Source of the DNA: Bacteroidales bacterium
Lineage (GTDB): Bacteria; Bacteroidota; Bacteroidia; Bacteroidales; UBA3663
Reading direction: 5' to 3'
Assembly (NCBI GenBank): GCA_045600485.1
Contig: JAZRXX010000088.1
Location: 20,260-84,259, forward strand
Length of the DNA stretch: 64,000 nucleotides
Positions 58,857-64,000 of the stretch are shown piece by piece; the stretch's first letter is position 1; each line of letters starts with the position of its first letter. The position numbers were made by a program, and so were the translations under genes. The notes under the pieces were generated by a model, which was given only the letters and a program-made list of their open reading frames with translations, did not search any database and was not told where the DNA came from.

Positions 58857-59849
58857 TTAAACATTGTTGTTTGCCAGTTTGTTGATGATGCCATCGGCCA
58901 AACCGATGGTTGGAACGGCGATACAGTTGGCATTCACGACTCTGGCAATAGTAAGGAATATCTGAGCTGCAGGAACAATGACATCGGCTCGATCCGGACG
59001 CAGATCAAACTCACGGATTCTTTCTTCTACGCTAAGAGCCGAGAGCTGTTCGTACAGATGTTCCAATTGCTGCAACGAAATGCGGTCCTTCTGTTTGGAC
59101 TTTTTAGGAACCAGTCGATAGAGTTTGTTGATATTTCCACCCGAACCGATGATGATAACCTCTTTCACGCCATCCAGCATGTGACAGATTTCTTCACACA
59201 TATCGTTGATGGCATCCAAACTGACCGTTCCACTCAGTAATCTCAATGTACCGATATTGAAACTACGGTTCTGTTGCAGTTCGCCATTGGCTATGAAACT
59301 AACCTCAGTTGATCCGCCACCGACATCCACATATAGGTAAGCCATTCCTTTCTGCTGGTTGTTGGCTGATGAGAGAAGCAGTTTCTCGATATGGTTGTCA
59401 TAGATGGTTTGTGCCTCCTCTTCGCCACTGATGATTTCGATGTCGATTCCCGTAGCGTGATGTATGCGCTTTATGATCTTGCTTCCATTCTTGGCATCTC
59501 TCAGTGCAGAAGTCGCGCAGGCTTTGTAATCTGCCACGTTATAGATGATCATCAGTTGTCGGAATGCTTTGATCATGCGGACAAACTGTTTCTCTCGTTC
59601 AGGACTGATTCTGCCTTGTGTAAAAACATCCAATCCCAAGCGGAGTGGGAAGCGTACAAACTGGAGTTTCTGAAACTGTAGCGTTCCATCGTCTTGACGT
59701 GTGACGCTCTTGATCAATAGGCGAGCTGCATTCGAACCAATGTCGATGGCTGCCAGATTGAACGAATCGGGGGAATAGTGAGGTATCATAGAATATGTTG
59801 TTTTGTTGTTTTGTTGTTTTGTTGTTTTGCTGCTTTGTTGTTTTGTCAT
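58857..59849 (-). CDS. ppx: Exopolyphosphatase Ppx/GppA (alternative start 59789)
   Basis: IDIGSNA, ATSALRDA, ISGEEEA, DVGGGSTE, DRADVI. Confidence 0.93.
   Translation of the reverse strand: MTKQQSSKTTKQQNNKTTYSMIPHYSPDSFNLAAIDIGSNAARLLIKSVTRQDDGTLQFQKLQFVRFPLRLGLDVFTQGRISPEREKQFVRMIKAFRQLMIIYNVADYKACATSALRDAKNGSKIIKRIHHATGIDIEIISGEEEAQTIYDNHIEKLLLSSANNQQKGMAYLYVDVGGGSTEVSFIANGELQQNRSFNIGTLRLLSGTVSLDAINDMCEEICHMLDGVKEVIIIGSGGNINKLYRLVPKKSKQKDRISLQQLEHLYEQLSALSVEERIREFDLRPDRADVIVPAAQIFLTIARVVNANCIAVPTIGLADGIINKLANNNV
59797..59846 (-). repeat. Octamer simple repeat (AAAACAAC) x6
   Basis: Between the ppk1 stop and second ppx ATG; one variant unit AAAGCAGC. Confidence 0.9.
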
Positions 59850-61927
59850 TTCATAGTTTTGTTATAATGCTCAGACAATGCAACTTGGCTACGGAAGGTG
59901 TCTTTGTCATCTTTCAGACCATACTCAACTATGAGCCGGGCTTCTCGTTTGATTTCGTTGTCATAGATGGGGGTATAAACCTCTATACGATGGTCGAGAT
60001 TGCGTGGCATCCAGTCGGCAGAGCCAATAAAGACCTTGAATTGTCGATGTGAACCATCTTCTTCGATGATTTCTGGATGCTCCAGATCTGTACCATTGGC
60101 AAAGATCAAGATGCGCGAGTGTTCCAGATATCGGTCAATGATGTGGTTGATATACAGATTCCCATTCAGTTCTGGCAATTTTGGAATCAACGAGCAGTTG
60201 CCTCTCACCAGCAGTTGCACTTTAACGCCTGCTGACGCTGCCTCATAGATCTTTTTGACAATGTCCTCGTCGGTCACATGGTTCAACTTGGCCATGATAC
60301 CCGATGGGAGACCTTGGTTGTGATTCTTGATCTCCTGGTTGATCAAAGACATCAGCTGTCGTTTCATGTCGTTGGGCGAGACGTGCAGTTCCTTGAACCG
60401 TACAGGCAGGTAGGGGCGTTCGATGAACTGGAAGACACGAGCTACATCGCCAACAATAGGTTTGCGTGCTGTCATCAGCATCATGTCTGTGTAGCATCGG
60501 GCATTACCCTCATGGAAATTACCTGTTGAAATAACAGCCACATCTGTACCTTTGCATCCTATTAGGGTAATCTTGCTATGGATCTTCAATCCCTCGACAC
60601 CGGTGATGACGTTGATGCCTGCTTCGGCCATCTTGCGGCTCCAGTCGATGTTTGATTCCTCGTCGAAGCGGGCAAGCAACTCGATGACGACTGTTACTGC
60701 TTTGCCATTCTGGGCAGCGGCAATCAATGCTCCAATCACTTTCGATTCTTTGGCCAATCGATAAAGGGTAATTTTGATGGTTTTTACCTCGGGATTGACG
60801 GCTGCCTCGCGCAGGAGGTTGATGTAGGCATCGAACGAATGATAAGGGACATGGATGAATTGGTCTCGTTCCCGGATCCTATTGAGGATTCCCGTCTGCA
60901 AGAATTCCGATTTGGAGATGGCTGTCCATTGTGGGTATTTGAGGTCTTTGCGGCCACAATCCGGGAAGCGCATCAGGTCCTTATGGTTCTGATAGCGTCC
61001 ACTCGGCAATATGGAGTCGGTCGAAGTGATGCTGAGCCGGTCCATAATCTTTTTCACCACCTCTCTGGGCATCTGTTCGTCGTAGATGAATCGTACGGGC
61101 AAACCGTTCTTGCGGCTCTTGACACCCTTGGCGATTTTCTGCAACATACCTCCCTGTATGTCTGTTTCAATCTCCATTTCAGCATCTTTGGTGAACTTGA
61201 ACGACCATGCTTCGAAATGATTGAAATCTGTACCTGGGAACATATAGGGGAGGGCACATCTCAGCACATCGTCCAGATACATGATATAGTGGTTGTATTT
61301 TTTGTGCTCAATACCCTCAGCATCAAAGTCTGTCTCTTCGACCGATGGCAACTGTACGAATCTGCCATATCGGTTAACAGGGAGTTCGATGAGAGCATAT
61401 TCTTTGATAGGTTTTTTCTTATCGCTAATCCATTTCTGCAGACGCACAGCCAGGAAGATGGTGTCATCAGACGATGCAGTCAGTTTCTTGATGGCTGACA
61501 GCCAGATGGGAGAGATGTTTCCTGCCAGTTGTTGCAGACAGTAATTCTTCACAAACAGTTGCTGTTCCTCGTTCAGCTCCTTTTCGCTGAGCAGATGTAT
61601 ATTCTCTTTGTTCAAGGCTTCGGTGACGTTGCGTACCGTCTCTGCAAATTCCTTGGCATACTTGTTATTCATTTTCATGACCATCTTGAGAGTCTTCTCA
61701 CTTCGGTCACGCAGGTTTTTATTCACCTTGTCGGCATACTCAACAATGCGATTGAGTGTTGCTACACGAACTCTGAAGAATTCGTCCAGATTGTTTGAAT
61801 AGATACCCAGAAAGCTCAGACGTTCGAGCAGCGGTACATCTTCGCGTTGGGCTTGTTCTAATACTCGATGGTTGAATACCATCCAAGAGACATCTCTTTC
61901 GATGTAGTTTTTTTCGTTTAGTTTCAT
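59846..61927 (-). CDS. ppk1: Polyphosphate kinase 1
   Basis: RDVSW..FN.RVL, SNNLDEFF, HVPY, ARFDEE.N, KIHSK, RYLEHSR, SADWMPRN. Confidence 0.96.
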   Translation of the reverse strand: MKLNEKNYIERDVSWMVFNHRVLEQAQREDVPLLERLSFLGIYSNNLDEFFRVRVATLNRIVEYADKVNKNLRDRSEKTLKMVMKMNNKYAKEFAETVRNVTEALNKENIHLLSEKELNEEQQLFVKNYCLQQLAGNISPIWLSAIKKLTASSDDTIFLAVRLQKWISDKKKPIKEYALIELPVNRYGRFVQLPSVEETDFDAEGIEHKKYNHYIMYLDDVLRCALPYMFPGTDFNHFEAWSFKFTKDAEMEIETDIQGGMLQKIAKGVKSRKNGLPVRFIYDEQMPREVVKKIMDRLSITSTDSILPSGRYQNHKDLMRFPDCGRKDLKYPQWTAISKSEFLQTGILNRIRERDQFIHVPYHSFDAYINLLREAAVNPEVKTIKITLYRLAKESKVIGALIAAAQNGKAVTVVIELLARFDEESNIDWSRKMAEAGINVITGVEGLKIHSKITLIGCKGTDVAVISTGNFHEGNARCYTDMMLMTARKPIVGDVARVFQFIERPYLPVRFKELHVSPNDMKRQLMSLINQEIKNHNQGLPSGIMAKLNHVTDEDIVKKIYEAASAGVKVQLLVRGNCSLIPKLPELNGNLYINHIIDRYLEHSRILIFANGTDLEHPEIIEEDGSHRQFKVFIGSADWMPRNLDHRIEVYTPIYDNEIKREARLIVEYGLKDDKDTFRSQVALSEHYNKTMK

Positions 61928-61929
61928 AT

Positions 61930-63174
61930 TTAGAATCTGATCATTAGTTCACATACAATCTTATCCTGTTCGCTCACCTTGGCTATGCCACCATTTGGAT
62001 ACCAGTAATTCTCATAATTCACTCTCAAGTCGGTGGGAAAGTGTTTGTTGTCAATGTGGAAAGTCAATCCTGCCGTCAGACGGTGTCTTTCGTAATCTGT
62101 CAGTATTAACTTCTTGTTTTTTGCTCCATATTCCTCATTTTCAGACAGCCCCTTTTTGCCATCACTATGATCTCCCATATAATCATATCTCAGCAGGTAG
62201 CTGATTCCGTTGAAGTATCCTTTCTCTTGTGCGAAGACCTGCTTGTAAATCACCATGGCATCCACGGCATTACAATCAGAGAACATTCCATGCTGATAGC
62301 TCTTATGCAGATATTCTGCCTCGATGTGCCAGTTTTTGAGTTTGTAGTAGGTGCCCAGATCCAAGGAAGTATAAGCCGCCTTGCGTTCGGCTATCTTCTG
62401 GTGCTGTATGCTTGGTACGATGGCCCAATCCTTATTCGGGAACCACTGGATACGGGCCGAGTAACTGGGAGCCGAAAACCATGCTGTCTTCTGGTTATCC
62501 AGATTCGAGCCATTGAAAACGCCCGCATCCATGCTTATTATCTTTCTATGTCCATCACCCGAGGAAAGGAAATCATAACCCAGTTGGAAGCCCACATCGC
62601 GCATGTCACCTACCTGCTTGGCAATGAATGAACGGTTGGCAAAATACTGTGCCGATGGATTACGGTGCGCATCGATCGAGAATGGCATACGTTGCTGACC
62701 GAAGGTAAGACGCAATGTGCGCCAAGGCAAAAGCCGCACCCAGGCATCCTTCATCTTCACCGATGACTCGTCGCACAGATCTACCTCCAGCTTGTATGCT
62801 GCACGCTCTGGCAATGTCCCCTCTACACTTAGTCGGGCATTACGCACCTCAAAACGCGATGCATCCATCTCTGGCTGGTACTCATACTTTCCGCGCAAGA
62901 TGCCATGTATCTTCGGCACACTCTCCTGAGCGTACATCTCCGATGCAACAAGGCACAGTAACACGATGTTCATCATCTTCTTCAGCGTCTTCTTGCTGAC
63001 CATCTTCGGACGGCACAAGTCGATCGGGAAGTCTTCTGGGTTTTTCTCCTCCTTATATCCATTCATCAACATTCTGACTTCGCGTGGAGAATAGAACTCT
63101 CGCACACTTATTGAAACCTCTCTTAGCAGGCGGTATCCCCACCATTTTACAGTTCTTAATACTTTGTCTTTCAT
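61930..63174 (-). CDS. Phosphate-selective porin (OprO/OprP-like); start 63174 or 63003
   Basis: RFEVRNARL, KDAW, GQQRMPF, RDVG, C-terminal Phe; first gene of phosphate operon. Confidence 0.85.
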   Translation of the reverse strand: MKDKVLRTVKWWGYRLLREVSISVREFYSPREVRMLMNGYKEEKNPEDFPIDLCRPKMVSKKTLKKMMNIVLLCLVASEMYAQESVPKIHGILRGKYEYQPEMDASRFEVRNARLSVEGTLPERAAYKLEVDLCDESSVKMKDAWVRLLPWRTLRLTFGQQRMPFSIDAHRNPSAQYFANRSFIAKQVGDMRDVGFQLGYDFLSSGDGHRKIISMDAGVFNGSNLDNQKTAWFSAPSYSARIQWFPNKDWAIVPSIQHQKIAERKAAYTSLDLGTYYKLKNWHIEAEYLHKSYQHGMFSDCNAVDAMVIYKQVFAQEKGYFNGISYLLRYDYMGDHSDGKKGLSENEEYGAKNKKLILTDYERHRLTAGLTFHIDNKHFPTDLRVNYENYWYPNGGIAKVSEQDKIVCELMIRF

Positions 63175-63220
63175 ATCAAAAAGAAAATGCAACGTCAAAC
63201 CATTTATCAGTTTGACGCTG

Positions 63221-63267
63221 CAAAGGTAGCCCTTTAATATTACAACCCTATTTCAGTACGGTTACAG
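63221..63267 (-). promoter_or_regulatory. -7 element with three Pho-box-like 11-bp-period repeats
   Basis: CTGTAAC-n4-CTGAAAT-n4-TTGTAAT then TACCTTTG. Confidence 0.65.
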
Positions 63268-63407
63268 AAATGTGAATTATTTGCTACAAAAAAGTTACAC
63301 GCTTTTAGCTTGGATTATTTATCTGGATTATTCATACTTTTCCCGGGAAGACGAGTTTTAGCGAGGGGATAATAACTCATAACTGATAACTTTGCATGAC
63401 ATGCAAG

Positions 63408-64000
63408 TTAGAGACTGAACTTTACACCCATATTCAACTTTGCTCCATAGTATTCCACCTGGGTTGTGCAATCCTTATTGCCTCCGATGTAATAACGCAA
63501 AGGCTGATTGAGCAGGTTGGTAGCTTCGACGTATAGAGTAGTTTTGGCTCGACGTCCGAAGGTGTAACTGAGGTTAACGTCCATGTACTTGGTGGCATCA
63601 TAGTAACGACGGAGACGTGTATCGCTCTGGAACTCCTCATCGTCCTGGAACGAAGAAGTGAAGTTATAGGAAAGACGAGCCTTGAACCCTCTCTTGTCGA
63701 AATAAAGCGAAGCATTGAGCATGTGGTCAGGAGAACCTGGCATGATTTGTTCCTCTTTATTTCCAACATAACACTTCGATACGCTGGTGGTTGTAAAGGT
63801 GTAATTTCCGTCAAAGCCGAGACATTTGAGCGATGGATGCACAAAGCTGAAATCGCGCTGCAATCCGAGTTCTATGCCAAAGAGGTTACCATCGAACCCA
63901 TTGACAGGACGAGTGATCTCGCAATCGGTGTAGTTCTTGTAGCTGCCATACGAAACCTCGTTGATGACAAAGTTGTTGATGCGCTTGAAGAACACGCCTG
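63408..64000 (-). CDS. TonB-dependent receptor, C-terminal part (runs off the window)
   Basis: Amphipathic beta strands, NLLNQP TonB C-terminal motif, ends GVKFSL. Confidence 0.85.
   Translation of the reverse strand, partial: GVFFKRINNFVINEVSYGSYKNYTDCEITRPVNGFDGNLFGIELGLQRDFSFVHPSLKCLGFDGNYTFTTTSVSKCYVGNKEEQIMPGSPDHMLNASLYFDKRGFKARLSYNFTSSFQDDEEFQSDTRLRRYYDATKYMDVNLSYTFGRRAKTTLYVEATNLLNQPLRYYIGGNKDCTTQVEYYGAKLNMGVKFSL

Overview
Chromosomal window from a Bacteroidales (Prevotella-like) bacterium, judged from repeated TAnnTTTG -7 promoter elements and gene content. Most of it is housekeeping or glycan-use DNA: trpB2, an esterase-pbpC-alpha-2-macroglobulin operon, GH105, a large CE8 pectin methylesterase, rlhA, half-purH-mreBCD-mrdA-rodA, tldD/E, rluD-ddl-nadC, GH43/GH31, and a porin-ppk1-ppx-PiT phosphate operon. 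The unusual content is mainly non-coding and lies at about 1.0-1.3, 15.1-15.6 and 20.9-27.5 kb. It includes (i) TA-bounded MITE-like units with shared ~35-bp inverted ends but interchangeable palindromic cores, (ii) two dissimilar 42-bp tandem arrays that share motifs in register, (iii) an HD (small alarmone hydrolase-like)-MsrA fusion behind a candidate sRNA/attenuator, (iv) a decayed RHS toxin/immunity array downstream of an internally deleted Rpn gene, and (v) an unlisted 42-aa ORF with its own promoter and terminator. No CRISPR array, tRNA, rRNA or intact transposase was recognised. All alignments and counts were done by eye and no database searches were run.
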